A DNA stretch of 64,000 bases from Promethearchaeota archaeon (GCA_019058445.1 JAHPZA010000006.1:1-64000), one strand, 5' to 3'. Shown: positions 1-11,426, numbered from the stretch's first letter. Numbers and translations are program-made. The notes: a model not told the origin generated them from the sequence alone.

Positions 1-2
1 GA

Positions 3-305
3 ATAAAAAATGCTTTTGAAGAAGAATTGGGGTATGAAGTCATTATTCATGAAAACTATTACGTGATGGGAGCATTTGGTTCAGCCATTTTGGCAAGGGA
101 ACATGTAAATGGACAGGTATCTTCTTTTCATGGCCTAAAAGTTAGTGAAATGAACTTGGCTCCAGGTTCATTTGTCTGTCCTGATTGTGCAAATAGATGT
201 ACAGTTAAATACCTTGTCAGGGAAGAAGATAAAAATAGAGTAACTGGAAGAGAAAAGGATGATGCGATATTTGCACGATGGAATAGTAGGTGCGGTAAAT
301 GGTAA
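3..305 (+). CDS. C-terminal part of acyl-CoA dehydratase activase (BadF/BadG/BcrA/BcrD-type), truncated by window edge
   Basis: Frame open from position 3; 'VMGAFGSAILA' and 'CPDCANRC...RCGK' typical of CoA-activase C-terminus. Confidence 0.75.
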   Translation: MKNAFEEELGYEVIIHENYYVMGAFGSAILAREHVNGQVSSFHGLKVSEMNLAPGSFVCPDCANRCTVKYLVREEDKNRVTGREKDDAIFARWNSRCGKW

Positions 306-1627
306 ATATTAGAGTTTCATTTTCACGAATGGGTTGGAGCTATATTTTTTTCAAAGCTTTATTCCATGATCTTCCTGGTATTGAAGTTATTGATCCCCCT
401 CTAGTAAACACTGAAATCGTTAGTGAAGGAGTCAAAAATTCTCCTGAATTCGTTTGTTTTCCATTTAAAGTCATTCTTGGTGAAATGATAAACCTGTATC
501 GTAATTATGATGTTAAAGATTTTGCGATGATTGCTGACTACGGCCCATGTCGAGCAGGAATTTATGCTGTCGTCCAGAAAAGAATCTTGAAAAATATGGG
601 ATTCAAGGATGTTAGAATGTTTTATCTACGTCAAGATGATTTTCGAAATCTTGAATGGCTAAGGGTATTTCGTGATTTAGAAAAAAGAACAGGAAGAAAA
701 TTTGATGACTATAAAATTTTAAGAAACACACTCTTGTTCTTGGTCAAAGCATACTATGTTGAAAGAATAAGCCATATTGAAGGACTTGTTAGATGTCGAG
801 AAAAAAACAAAGCAATGACTACCAAAGTAGTTCATGCTTTGATGAATTTACTTGATAGCGAAAATAATTTGATGAAATTATCTAATTTTGATAGAACGAT
901 AGATGAAAATTTTCGCAAGATTCCTATTGACAAGGAAATGGAACCTTTGAGGGTTTGTTATACTGGGGAAATCCAAGTCATGTTGGAGAAATGGGTTAAT
1001 TATGATCTGATGGGAGAATTAGGCGTCATGGGTATCGAGGTTCACAAGCAGTATGATGTCTTTGATTGGGTCATGTACAAACTTGACGCCAGCAAACGAA
1101 GAAGACGACTTGAACGTGTTGCAAGAAAGTATATTCCAATGGATATTGGGGGGGAGGCTGTGTGGAATATGGGAAGTTATCTTGAGTCTCAAGAAAAAGG
1201 TTTTGATGGTTTTGTCCATATATTCCCATTTACTTGCATGCCTGAAATATCCCTCATGGGAATGTTAGAAGCTGAGAAAAACATGGACAAGTTTTACATG
1301 CCCCACATTCATTTTAGTCTTGATGGAAGTTCTGGTTTTGAAGGACTTAGAACAAGAATCGAAGCATTTCATGATTTAATGGTTGGCAACAAGAAAACTA
1401 ATCCCTTGTTTAGAGATGCCAAGTATGTGGTCCCGGATGAAATAAAAAGTATATATTTTAAGCCGAAATCTAATTTTGAATATTTCATGTCTAGTATTGA
1501 AAAACCAATGTCAATCGTTTTAACAATGCTGAATCCAACAAAGAAATTAGATGTAGGATTCACCGTTAAGAATGGACTCGAGTTTTTTTCAAGAAATTCG
1601 TTTTTGGGATCTCTTTTTAACCTTTGA
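299..1627 (+). CDS. CoA-activase-associated protein (COG3581 / 2-hydroxyacyl-CoA dehydratase-like)
   Basis: Motifs SPEFVCFPFK, GPCRAG, PFTCMPE, TRIEAF; overlaps activase stop. Confidence 0.7.
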   Translation: MVNIRVSFSRMGWSYIFFKALFHDLPGIEVIDPPLVNTEIVSEGVKNSPEFVCFPFKVILGEMINLYRNYDVKDFAMIADYGPCRAGIYAVVQKRILKNMGFKDVRMFYLRQDDFRNLEWLRVFRDLEKRTGRKFDDYKILRNTLLFLVKAYYVERISHIEGLVRCREKNKAMTTKVVHALMNLLDSENNLMKLSNFDRTIDENFRKIPIDKEMEPLRVCYTGEIQVMLEKWVNYDLMGELGVMGIEVHKQYDVFDWVMYKLDASKRRRRLERVARKYIPMDIGGEAVWNMGSYLESQEKGFDGFVHIFPFTCMPEISLMGMLEAEKNMDKFYMPHIHFSLDGSSGFEGLRTRIEAFHDLMVGNKKTNPLFRDAKYVVPDEIKSIYFKPKSNFEYFMSSIEKPMSIVLTMLNPTKKLDVGFTVKNGLEFFSRNSFLGSLFNL

Positions 1628-1641
1628 GAGGCTATTTTGTT

Positions 1642-1686
1642 ATGAAAGTTTCTTTTCCAAATATGGGCAATTCGTGGCCATTTTAG
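1642..1686 (+). pseudogene. Short remnant of a second COG3581-like paralogue
   Basis: Reads MKVSFPNMGNSWPF-stop, resembling the N-terminus of the upstream ORF (RVSFSRMGWSY). Confidence 0.45.
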
Positions 1687-1755
1687 CCCCTTTCATAATA
1701 AGATTTTGTGACATAATGTTATTCATACAATTCAATTATTTATAACAGAAAAATT

Positions 1756-3765
1756 CTATGCTTTTATTTTATAATCTGCTTTCATATCCCTTATTTTGTC
1801 TCTTAGATACGCTGCATCCTCAAACCTTAGCTCTTTAGCAGCCAAAAACATTTTATTTTCGAGATATTGGATTACAATATCAAGATCTCCTTGTTCATTT
1901 AATTCTTCAATTTTATCATATAAGGTTTTCTTAAACCTCTTTGTCTCTTTTTCTTTTAGTTCTTTTTCTTCAGAAAGTGATTCTAAAATATTCTTTTTAA
2001 TCGTTTGAGGTGTAATATTGTTTGCTTTATTATAAGCGATTTGCTTATTACGCCTCCTGTTGGTTTCATCGATCGCGGCTCTCATCGCGGGTGTAATTTT
2101 ATCGGCATATAATATAGCTCTACCCTCAACATTTCTCGATGCCCTTCCAATGGTCTGAATTAGGGACCTCGTATCTCTTAAAAAGCCAAGTTTGTCTGCA
2201 TCCAAAATCGCTACTAATTGAACCTCTGGTAAGTCCAAACCTTCCCGTAGGAGGTTTATCCCAACCAAAACATCATAAGTCCCATCTCGTAAATGTCTTA
2301 ATATCTCAAAACGTTCAACCGTATCGACCTCAGAATGCAAATATGCTACTTTCAAACTCAATTCAGAATAATATTCTGCAATGTCTTCTGCCATTCTTTT
2401 CGTTAGCGTCGTGATTAATACTCTTCCTTGATTCTTAATTACTTTTCTTATCTCTCCTAATAAATCATCAATTTGATTCTCAGCAGGTCTGATCTCAACA
2501 AAGGGATCAACGAGCCCTGTTGGTCTTATGATTTGCTCCGCCGAAATTCCATGACTTTTCTTTAATTCATACTCTCCGGGAGTGGCACTCATAAAGACAA
2601 CGTATTTTATCTTTTGTTCCCATTCTTCAAATTTAAGGGGTCTATTATCATAAGCACTCGGGAGTCTCCATCCAAATTCTGTGAGGTTTTTCTTGCGGGA
2701 AATATCCCCTCCAATCATACCATGTATTTGAGGAATGGTCACATGGGACTCATCGACCACAATTAAAAAATCCTCAGGGAAATAGTCAATAAGAGTCATT
2801 GGAGGTGTTCCAGGAGGGCGCCCGTCTAAATGTCGTGAATAATTCTCAATTCCTTTACAGAATCCCATTTCTCTCATCATTTCAAGATCGAATTTCACTC
2901 GTCGTTCTATCCGTTGAGCTTCGGCATATTTCTTTTCTTTTTTGAAAAAATCTATTTGACCTTTCATTTCTTCTTCTATCGAATCGAGTGCTTTTATTTT
3001 ATTTTCCTCAGGAATTATAAAATGAGTCGCAGGGAAAATACGGCAATTTGGAATATCTTTCAATACTTGGTTGGATATTGGATGTATTTCTTGAATTGAT
3101 TCTATTTCATCTCCAAACATCGATATTCGGATGGCTGTATCTAAGTAAGCGGGATAAATGTCAATTATATCACCTTTTACCCTTACAACACCCCTTTTAA
3201 ATTCGATATTTTTTCGTTCATAGTTCATTTTTATAAGGCCTTTTATGATATCAGCACGTTTGATAGTTTGCCCCAATTCTAAATTTAAAGATACTGCGAC
3301 CCATTCATCTGGATTACCGATTCCATAGATACAAGAAACGGTCGCTACAATAATTACGTCCTTTCGCGTTTTTATTGCATGAGTGGAAGCCAATCTTAAT
3401 TTTTCAATCTCTTCATTTACACTAAAATCTTTCTCAATATATAATCCCGTGATTGGCATATATGCTTCAGGCTGATAATAATCATAGTAGGACACAAAAT
3501 AGTGAACAGCATTATCAGGGAACAATTCTTTAAGTTCATTATATAATTGTGCAGCTAAAGTCTTATTAGGTGCCATAACGAGAGTAGGTTTTTGGATTCT
3601 CTGAATAATATTTGCGACAGAGAATGTTTTTCCCGTGCCAGTCGCTCCTAATAAAGTTTGAAATCTTTCTTTCTTTATTAAAATATTTTCTGCGAGAATT
3701 TCTATTGCTTGTGGTTGATCGCCACGAGGCTGAAATTCAGATTGTAAATTGAATTCTGTACTCAT
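1756..3765 (-). CDS. uvrB: Excinuclease ABC subunit B
   Basis: GATGTGKT Walker A, YYDYYQPEAY, VDESH, C-terminal FEDAAYLRD UVR motif. Confidence 0.98.
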   Translation of the reverse strand: MSTEFNLQSEFQPRGDQPQAIEILAENILIKKERFQTLLGATGTGKTFSVANIIQRIQKPTLVMAPNKTLAAQLYNELKELFPDNAVHYFVSYYDYYQPEAYMPITGLYIEKDFSVNEEIEKLRLASTHAIKTRKDVIIVATVSCIYGIGNPDEWVAVSLNLELGQTIKRADIIKGLIKMNYERKNIEFKRGVVRVKGDIIDIYPAYLDTAIRISMFGDEIESIQEIHPISNQVLKDIPNCRIFPATHFIIPEENKIKALDSIEEEMKGQIDFFKKEKKYAEAQRIERRVKFDLEMMREMGFCKGIENYSRHLDGRPPGTPPMTLIDYFPEDFLIVVDESHVTIPQIHGMIGGDISRKKNLTEFGWRLPSAYDNRPLKFEEWEQKIKYVVFMSATPGEYELKKSHGISAEQIIRPTGLVDPFVEIRPAENQIDDLLGEIRKVIKNQGRVLITTLTKRMAEDIAEYYSELSLKVAYLHSEVDTVERFEILRHLRDGTYDVLVGINLLREGLDLPEVQLVAILDADKLGFLRDTRSLIQTIGRASRNVEGRAILYADKITPAMRAAIDETNRRRNKQIAYNKANNITPQTIKKNILESLSEEKELKEKETKRFKKTLYDKIEELNEQGDLDIVIQYLENKMFLAAKELRFEDAAYLRDKIRDMKADYKIKA

Positions 3766-3960
3766 GAGAAATGATGATTAGATTTTTAATCAGATTAATT
3801 AAAATTATCATTTGTTTTAGTATTTAAACGATAAGTTAAGCTATTTAAATGAAAAGTCGCTTAAGATTTTTACGGCAAGATATTATTGAGTGCCAAGAAA
3901 TATTCTATATAATGAAATACGATCTCTTAAAAGAAAAAAAAGGTAAGATATTTAGTGTGT

Positions 3961-6900
3961 TTAAACTATGTGGTGATCGATTTCGTCTTCGGCTCCTTCT
4001 CTTGACCGAACAAGGATTTTATATGGATCATTATCAATTACAATGAAATATGCTGAGAGAACACCAAGGTCAATGGATAATTCAATAGAATCACCGCTTC
4101 TAAGGTTGAAATCACTTTGATCACTTTGAAATTCATTTATTGGAACATAAGTATTGTTGATATAAACCGACTCGAGCTCGACCATTGAATTTCCGAGATT
4201 GTTTACTGTTATATTTAAAGTATTGTCAGCACTTATCACTCTTGTAGCACCTTCGTTTATATCAAGATTATAATAATTAGGAACTTGTAAAAGATTTTCA
4301 AGGGCATTGAAAGTCTTAATATAATTAAGCGTTGTATTTGTTGTGATATTGACGAGTACACTGTTAGATTTATTTATGTTCAGATTAGGGATATCAAATG
4401 AGAGATAAGCACATTCTTGAACATCTAAAATTGGGTCGCCATAAATAAATTCAGCATCATCATTAATTGAGATTTGCGTCGTTGCATTAAGATATATATC
4501 ACCTATTTCTAAAGGTTTATTACCCATATTTTTAATAAGTAAAGCCCCTGTTTCATTAGCCATGATATAGGAGGTTGTATAATCATTAATTTTATCAATA
4601 GTGCGTAGATCTAGAGTATCATTTAATACGTTAATGAGCCCTATGTCAGACGCTGCTGTACTCAATAGGTCCTCACCACAAACCGCGGTTACTGCTATAG
4701 CAAGCTCTTCATTAACAGTTAAATCAAAATCGGAGGCATCTACTAGTATAGTATTTTCTTCACCTGGCTGTAATACTAGGCTTCTATCGATAGTATCCCA
4801 CTTATCAATACTTATATAGTCTGAAGCGGTTAAATTATAAATATTACCATACTTCACAGAATCGGCTTCTCCTATATAGACAGAATCTAAACCAAGTACG
4901 CCACTTCCCGTATTTTTTATTCGAATTCTCATACTTCCATTATAGTACACATATGTTCCACTGCTACTGAAATCCAGAGGAATATGGGTTCTATAAGTGC
5001 CTACACCTGCTGCAAGCGCCTCTGGTGAGAGCCTTCGATCTTGGTTCAGAATAGAAAGTTCATATCCTTCATTATTACCCGAAAATAGCATCTCATTAGT
5101 TTTACCGCTAGATGTTTTAACTCCAATTAAATGTCCTTTTACAGTATCTGGTATGAAAAAATCTGCTGGTGCGTCTGATATTTTGACAAGACATTTAGTA
5201 CCCGGATTTAAAACTGCAGAACCACTTAAATATTCAGTTCGATTAGGATTTACAATATTATTCTCTTTGTCAAAATAAAATTCATTTAGATTTTCTATTC
5301 TATTTCCGACATTTTCTACTTCAAGGTATACATCGCTTTGAGAGCCAGTATAGACCACTTTGCTATTTTCTTTATTAATTTGAATATCTCCAGGTTCAGC
5401 TTTAGTTACAAAAAAGTCTTTTGTGCTTTCATCGAAAACATATGATGTTCCTTCTAAAGCAATACTTTCGGCAGTAACAGAAATATTTACAACATCATTA
5501 AGTTGGTAATCTTTAGTAATATCCACCCAAACAGGAGCTTCATCACCTTGTTTTAATTCATTAGTCGCTGAACCAATAGTAAAATTGTATTCAATATTAT
5601 TTATAGCAACTTTCGAAATTGTGAGATCTTTCGTTCCAGTATTTCTCAAATTAAATGTCGCAGCGTCCTGTTCAAATACTTTTGCATCTTCAATTGAAAA
5701 ACTCGAATCTAACGCAGTATAATCAACTTTGTATAGTTTTACTAAACCGTGCTGTGAGAAGTATGCCTCTTTAAATATTTTAAAATCATAGGCTCCGTCA
5801 TCAGGTATATGTTCATTCCATTCATTTCCATCATCATCTTCTCTTGCACTAATACCTTGTGCTGTATTTCCAGCAATTTGTGAGGCATAATACCATCGTA
5901 AATAGTCGTCATATGGATCCACTCCACTAGGACTTGTTGGTTCACTATAAAACATCAACCTTACTAATTGAGAGTCAAACCACGCATCTTTATATAACCC
6001 ACTTGTCTCGTTAATATAATCATCTTCAAGAAAAACGCTGTCTTCAGCCCAATTATCCTCTTCAAAGCCTTCATCTTTATAATATTCGTAATGATCATTA
6101 CAAATTCTTAACATCCAAGGCCATTTACCCTCATCACCACCGAATCCTGGAATTAAAAACCCAAAATATACTAATACATAATCTGCTTCTAGCTCGCGGA
6201 GTATCTTTGCACTATATATTTCATTTGTCTGCATCATTGCCATACCTACTAATCCTATTCTAGGTCCATTATGAGTATTGTTATCATTTACTGTTGTTAC
6301 ATTTCCTACGGGGGTTAACCAATAACCATAATCCCACCAGCTTACAACCACATCAGTTCCATCAATATTGTCTTTCATCCAAACAAGTGTTTCTTCCCAA
6401 TCATGATATTCCCCACCTATAACCATTTGACTGTAAGATAATTGATTAATTGAAATATCTGTAGCATGTAAAACTTGAGCAAGGCACAAAAATCCAACAA
6501 GAAAATAAACTGCAAAAACTTCTGAATTACCTACAGATCTTTTCAATTGTCTCCTGCGCTTTCTTATAGGAGTTATCCTTTTTTCTCCTACAAATGAACC
6601 GAAGATTTTTAGTACATTTACTAATCCATAAGCACCTAGTAATGCGGCAGCTGGAGCAAATAGTAATATTATTCGAATCATACTTCCCGTAAAATAGAAT
6701 AAGGTTAGGAGAAATGTCATCATTAAGATATCTGATGTTTTTAATCTTTTGAAACAGAAAAACACACCGAGTGGTAAAAGAGTTAGGGGAATAAGGGTAT
6801 TATAATAAAAAACTGACCATGCACTAGGCATATGTTCTGCAACTGACGCAACTAAATGCAAATCCTCACGCGTCAATGGACTTAGAATTGATCCTAGCCT

Positions 6901-7923
6901 TCCACCAAGTCCCAATTGGTCTAGTGGAATCCATTCTGGCTTAATCCAGACTATTATAGCAATAATTATGAAGATTGGAATAATGCCCCATTTTATCGAA
7001 TTTAACATCTTATAGTATATTTTTGGGAACTCTTTCTTTTTAATAAAAATTAAGTGAAATAATATTAAAACTAATGTAAATAGATATACCCCTCCCATAC
7101 TCATATCGGTGAAAAAATCATCATGATTAAAAGAAAAGTAAAACGAAAAAATTAAAAAACCAGTTCCTTGCACTCCAGCATATGCGATTAGTACATTTTC
7201 ATCATATTTATCCATCAAAATAATAATTGTTACCACTATTGGTATTGTGTAAAAAACGAATTGATATCCCCCCCAACTTAAAGATAAATACCCTAGAAAC
7301 ATACCACCAATTATGCTATATAAGAATTTACCAGTTTTAATTGTTTTTAAGAAAAATAACAATGTCATAAGTGTGGCAAAAACCCCAATAGTTTCATTAT
7401 CAAAAAATCCCGCCATGGTTCTTTGCATATGACCTGTATTGAATGCTAGAAAAAATGCGGTAAATAGACCACAACTACGATTATATACTTCTTTACCTAA
7501 AAAATATGCTGCTAACACAGTCAAACCTCCCATAAATGCGGGGAAAAAATAGCATACTTCATAGATTGTTACTGGGATTCCAAAAAATGTCAAAATTTTA
7601 TATATTACTACTGCGGTAAATGGTAATCCAGGTCTTAGAGTTGCACGATCTTTCCCTTCTGGATACCAGCTTTTCTCGTCATGCCAATGAAAATATTCAT
7701 AAAGAGAATGTTCTGAAATATATTTTGCATTATAATATTGGATCCAAGGATCAAAAGCTTTAATAAGAAGAGGTCCTCTTAATATTGGTGTTAATCTTAT
7801 CATAATGGCTACAATTACAACTAACGATAGAGCCATAAAAAACAAAATATTATCTGGCTTTACATTTACTGAAGCGCGTATACGATCTCGAAGATTTCGA
7901 AGCGAGTCTCCAATTTTAATCAT
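3961..7923 (-). CDS. aglB: Oligosaccharyltransferase STT3/AglB with long C-terminal Ig-like extension
   Basis: FDPW, GFFDNE, SVAEH, WWDYG, DEGKWPWMLRI; multiple TM segments; about 580 aa beta-rich tail. Confidence 0.95.
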   Translation of the reverse strand: MIKIGDSLRNLRDRIRASVNVKPDNILFFMALSLVVIVAIMIRLTPILRGPLLIKAFDPWIQYYNAKYISEHSLYEYFHWHDEKSWYPEGKDRATLRPGLPFTAVVIYKILTFFGIPVTIYEVCYFFPAFMGGLTVLAAYFLGKEVYNRSCGLFTAFFLAFNTGHMQRTMAGFFDNETIGVFATLMTLLFFLKTIKTGKFLYSIIGGMFLGYLSLSWGGYQFVFYTIPIVVTIIILMDKYDENVLIAYAGVQGTGFLIFSFYFSFNHDDFFTDMSMGGVYLFTLVLILFHLIFIKKKEFPKIYYKMLNSIKWGIIPIFIIIAIIVWIKPEWIPLDQLGLGGRLGSILSPLTREDLHLVASVAEHMPSAWSVFYYNTLIPLTLLPLGVFFCFKRLKTSDILMMTFLLTLFYFTGSMIRIILLFAPAAALLGAYGLVNVLKIFGSFVGEKRITPIRKRRRQLKRSVGNSEVFAVYFLVGFLCLAQVLHATDISINQLSYSQMVIGGEYHDWEETLVWMKDNIDGTDVVVSWWDYGYWLTPVGNVTTVNDNNTHNGPRIGLVGMAMMQTNEIYSAKILRELEADYVLVYFGFLIPGFGGDEGKWPWMLRICNDHYEYYKDEGFEEDNWAEDSVFLEDDYINETSGLYKDAWFDSQLVRLMFYSEPTSPSGVDPYDDYLRWYYASQIAGNTAQGISAREDDDGNEWNEHIPDDGAYDFKIFKEAYFSQHGLVKLYKVDYTALDSSFSIEDAKVFEQDAATFNLRNTGTKDLTISKVAINNIEYNFTIGSATNELKQGDEAPVWVDITKDYQLNDVVNISVTAESIALEGTSYVFDESTKDFFVTKAEPGDIQINKENSKVVYTGSQSDVYLEVENVGNRIENLNEFYFDKENNIVNPNRTEYLSGSAVLNPGTKCLVKISDAPADFFIPDTVKGHLIGVKTSSGKTNEMLFSGNNEGYELSILNQDRRLSPEALAAGVGTYRTHIPLDFSSSGTYVYYNGSMRIRIKNTGSGVLGLDSVYIGEADSVKYGNIYNLTASDYISIDKWDTIDRSLVLQPGEENTILVDASDFDLTVNEELAIAVTAVCGEDLLSTAASDIGLINVLNDTLDLRTIDKINDYTTSYIMANETGALLIKNMGNKPLEIGDIYLNATTQISINDDAEFIYGDPILDVQECAYLSFDIPNLNINKSNSVLVNITTNTTLNYIKTFNALENLLQVPNYYNLDINEGATRVISADNTLNITVNNLGNSMVELESVYINNTYVPINEFQSDQSDFNLRSGDSIELSIDLGVLSAYFIVIDNDPYKILVRSREGAEDEIDHHIV

Positions 7924-8186
7924 ATTTTTTAAAAAAACATTTGATTAAATAATTCTTTAAAAATCAACATAAAATTTAGATTATAAAAAAATCCTTTTCA
8001 TTAAAAGATTTTTCTTTCAACCGATATTCTACTTAGCTCGAACTTTATTGGAATATTACTGAAGACTTTAAGATTTTTATATTTATTTTACTCGAATGTA
8101 AATTAGATTTTTTTAGTAGTTTTAAGCCATGATTTAAATATGGTACTATTATATCTCTAGTAAATAAAAAAAAAACATAGAGTTGT

Positions 8187-9047
8187 GTGAGAATCTTAGC
8201 TGATCCTCATAGATATCTATTCAAATTCTACTATATTGGAACTAATGAGTTTCATGGCTCTCAGAGGCAATTGGATAAATTTACAACTGAAGAGTGTTTA
8301 CTGAAAGCCCTATTAAAAAAAAAATATATCAACAATGTTAAAAGCTCTGGATTTGAAGTTGCTAGTAGAACAGATAGATTTGTTTCTGCTCGGGGGGCAG
8401 CTTTTTCTTTTATATCTCTTAAAATTCCTATTTTAATGGAGATTAACTCTATTTTACCTGATGAAATAGGGTTATGGGCTTATACAAAAGTAGGAATGGA
8501 TTTCCACTCCAGATTTAATGCAGTTTGTCGGCATTACAAATATATCGTACCCCGTCCTATTTCTTTACTTGAAAAAGATTTTACTCTAAACCTTGAAATT
8601 ATCAGAAAAGCTTGCAAACAATTAGTGGGAAAGCATGATTTCAAAAATTTCTCTAAAAAAGAAAAAGTAGAGAAAAATACTATTAGAGACATAGATTCGG
8701 TCACAATGGATATCTATAATGGATATATAATTTTTGATTTCAAAAGCAAAGCTTTTTTAAGACAACAGGTTCGTAGAATGGCTAAAAAACTTTTAGAATT
8801 AGGCACAGGAATGATTGATTATTCTGATTTTTTAGATTTATTGAATCCATCAAATGATATTTCTTATCAACCTGCAGACCCAACTGGTTTAATTTTATGG
8901 GATGTAGAATTTCATGATAGCATTAAACTAAATGTAGAAAGTAAATCTGCTGAGAGAATGAAGAAATATTTTTTAAATCAGACCTTAAAATTTGGACATA
9001 GACATCAATTATTTAAGATTTTGCATCAAAACAATCTTAGCCAATAA
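8187..9047 (+). CDS. truA: tRNA pseudouridine(38-40) synthase
   Basis: FHGSQRQ, ASRTDRFVSA, HDFKNF, FLRQQVR. Confidence 0.92.
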   Translation: MRILADPHRYLFKFYYIGTNEFHGSQRQLDKFTTEECLLKALLKKKYINNVKSSGFEVASRTDRFVSARGAAFSFISLKIPILMEINSILPDEIGLWAYTKVGMDFHSRFNAVCRHYKYIVPRPISLLEKDFTLNLEIIRKACKQLVGKHDFKNFSKKEKVEKNTIRDIDSVTMDIYNGYIIFDFKSKAFLRQQVRRMAKKLLELGTGMIDYSDFLDLLNPSNDISYQPADPTGLILWDVEFHDSIKLNVESKSAERMKKYFLNQTLKFGHRHQLFKILHQNNLSQ

Positions 9048-9980
9048 AGCCTGGAGTTGAATTTCTTCTGTTCCTCCTTGACTTAAACGATATTCAAATT
9101 CTGCTAATAATTTTGACAATTCTATTTTTAGATCTTCAGAAATATTCAGTTTATAAATCTCCCTATGTATATTCTTAATAATATTCCTGCCAGAAAGTCC
9201 ATATTCTTTTATTAAATCTTTAAGTAATTTGATGGATAGTTGTAATTGCCCTTCCATAGCTGTTTGAAGAATTTCAATAATTTTATCAGAGGGTACCTCA
9301 CCAGCTACTCTAAATACTAAATCCTGATTAATATTTTTTGAAATAGTACCACAAGATTGTAAATAATTAATCGCTCTTCTACAATCACCTCTGGAAACAT
9401 CTACTAACGCGTTTAAACCATTAGTGGCAAGGGTAATTTTTTCATTTTTTGCGATATATTCTATTCTATCTTTAATATCGTCATCATTTAAAGAAGAAAA
9501 TCGAAACACAACACATCTACTCTGGATTGGAGGAATTATCTTGTTAGAATAATTACAAATTAAAATCATTCTGCAATTTTTAGTGTACTTTTCCATAGTT
9601 CTTCTTAAAGCCTGCTGGGCCGGAGCGGTCATATTATCGGCCTCATCTAAAATCAAAATTTTAAAGGAAACCTCTCGTGGGGGGCGAGCTTTTGCAAAAT
9701 CCTTGATATATGTTCTAATTACATCTATACCACGAGCATCGCTTGCATTTAATTCCATGTGTGTGATATTTGGCGACATTTTTCTTCCATATAATTCTCG
9801 TACCATGCAAAGCGCTGAGGTAGTTTTACCAGTTCCTGCAGGACCTGCAAAAATTAAATGAGGCATTGATATGTCTTTAACAAATTGCTTTAGGCGCTTA
9901 ATAATTCCTGATTGGTTTACAACATCATCTAGAATACGAGGACGATACTTTTCCACCCACGGCCGGTTTTCAATAGCCAT
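9009..9980 (-). CDS. rfcS: Replication factor C small subunit
   Basis: PWVEKYRP, GPAGTGKT, ELNASD, LDEAD, IQSRC. Confidence 0.97.
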   Translation of the reverse strand: MAIENRPWVEKYRPRILDDVVNQSGIIKRLKQFVKDISMPHLIFAGPAGTGKTTSALCMVRELYGRKMSPNITHMELNASDARGIDVIRTYIKDFAKARPPREVSFKILILDEADNMTAPAQQALRRTMEKYTKNCRMILICNYSNKIIPPIQSRCVVFRFSSLNDDDIKDRIEYIAKNEKITLATNGLNALVDVSRGDCRRAINYLQSCGTISKNINQDLVFRVAGEVPSDKIIEILQTAMEGQLQLSIKLLKDLIKEYGLSGRNIIKNIHREIYKLNISEDLKIELSKLLAEFEYRLSQGGTEEIQLQALLAKIVLMQNLK

Positions 9981-10086
9981 ATTTTCTCATATTGTTAGTA
10001 TAATTTTCTGTTCATGCATAAAAAAAACAATTAAGAATTAAATTTTCTTATGAATTAATTAATAAAAAATAATTGGAAAATTACTT

Positions 10087-11391
10087 ATGACTAACTTTAA
10101 AATTACAAATGTTAAATCTCGCTGGATTTTGGATTCAAGAGGAAATCCAACTGTAGAAACTGATGTATTTGCTGAAAAAGTCTTTGCTAGAGCTGCAGTC
10201 CCATCAGGAGCTTCTACAGGTGTATTAGAAGCTCTAGAATTAAGGGATGGAGGTAAAGAATTTTTAGGTAAACATGTTACAAAAGCAGTTTCTAATGTGA
10301 ATGAAATCCTAGCAAAAAAACTAGTTGGTTTTGATGTAAGAGAACAAAAAAAAATAGATGATGAAATGATTTCTATTGATGGGACTGAAAATAAAAGTAA
10401 ATTAGGAGCTAATGCAATTTTATCAGTCTCTTTAGCTGCAGCAAAGTTAGCAGCTAAATTAGCCGAGAAACAACAGTTTGAATATCTTTATGAATTGAGC
10501 TATAATACTCATAGAGAAGACTTTCTGTTACCCCTTCCTTGTTGCAATATATTGAATGGAGGAGAGCATGCAGGAAATAATTTAGCAATTCAAGAATTTA
10601 TGGTGCTTCCAATAGGGGCAAAATCTTTTTCACATGCAATTCAAAATGTTGCGGAAGTATATCATACCCTGAAAGGAATATTATCTAAAAAATATGGAAG
10701 ACCGGCTGTAAATGTTGGAGATGAGGGAGGGTTTGCTCCTAATCTTACGAATACTAGAGAAGCCATGGATGTAATATTAGAGGCAATTGAAGAAGCAGGA
10801 TTTTTAGAAGGTACTGATTTTGTTCTAGGAATAGATGCGGCTGCAAGTGAATTTTATAAAGATAATGTTTATCATATTGATGGGAAGAAACTAAATGAAG
10901 AAGAACTGCTGCAATATTATATCGATTTAATTCATGATTACCCCCTAAATTCAATTGAAGATCCTTTTGAAGAGAAAGCATTTAGAGGTTTCACAAATTT
11001 GACAGCTAAAGTCGATGATTCTATTCAAATTGTATGTGACGATATTACTGTAACTAATATTAAGATACTTGAAAAAGCAGTTAAAGAAAAAGCGGGGAAC
11101 TCCTTGCTACTAAAAGTTAATCAAATTGGTTCTCTAACTGAAGCTATTAATGCAGCTAAGATGGCTTTCAAGGATGATTTTAATGTGATGGTCTCACATA
11201 GATCCGGTGAAACTGAAGATACTTTCATAGCAGATTTAGCAGTTGGGTTATGTTCTGGCCAAATAAAGACAGGTGCTACAGCACGATCAGATCGTTGTGC
11301 AAAATACAACCAGATTCTTAGAATTGAAGAAATATTAGGAGAAAGAGCAGATTATCCTTCAAATTTCGGCTCTTGGAAAAAATATCAGTAA
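10087..11391 (+). CDS. eno: Enolase
   Basis: DSRGNPTVE, VPSGASTG, VGDEGG, SHRSGET, AKYNQ. Confidence 0.98.
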   Translation: MTNFKITNVKSRWILDSRGNPTVETDVFAEKVFARAAVPSGASTGVLEALELRDGGKEFLGKHVTKAVSNVNEILAKKLVGFDVREQKKIDDEMISIDGTENKSKLGANAILSVSLAAAKLAAKLAEKQQFEYLYELSYNTHREDFLLPLPCCNILNGGEHAGNNLAIQEFMVLPIGAKSFSHAIQNVAEVYHTLKGILSKKYGRPAVNVGDEGGFAPNLTNTREAMDVILEAIEEAGFLEGTDFVLGIDAAASEFYKDNVYHIDGKKLNEEELLQYYIDLIHDYPLNSIEDPFEEKAFRGFTNLTAKVDDSIQIVCDDITVTNIKILEKAVKEKAGNSLLLKVNQIGSLTEAINAAKMAFKDDFNVMVSHRSGETEDTFIADLAVGLCSGQIKTGATARSDRCAKYNQILRIEEILGERADYPSNFGSWKKYQ

Positions 11392-11426
11392 TAAAAAGCT
11401 ATAGTTAAATTATATCTTTATAATTT

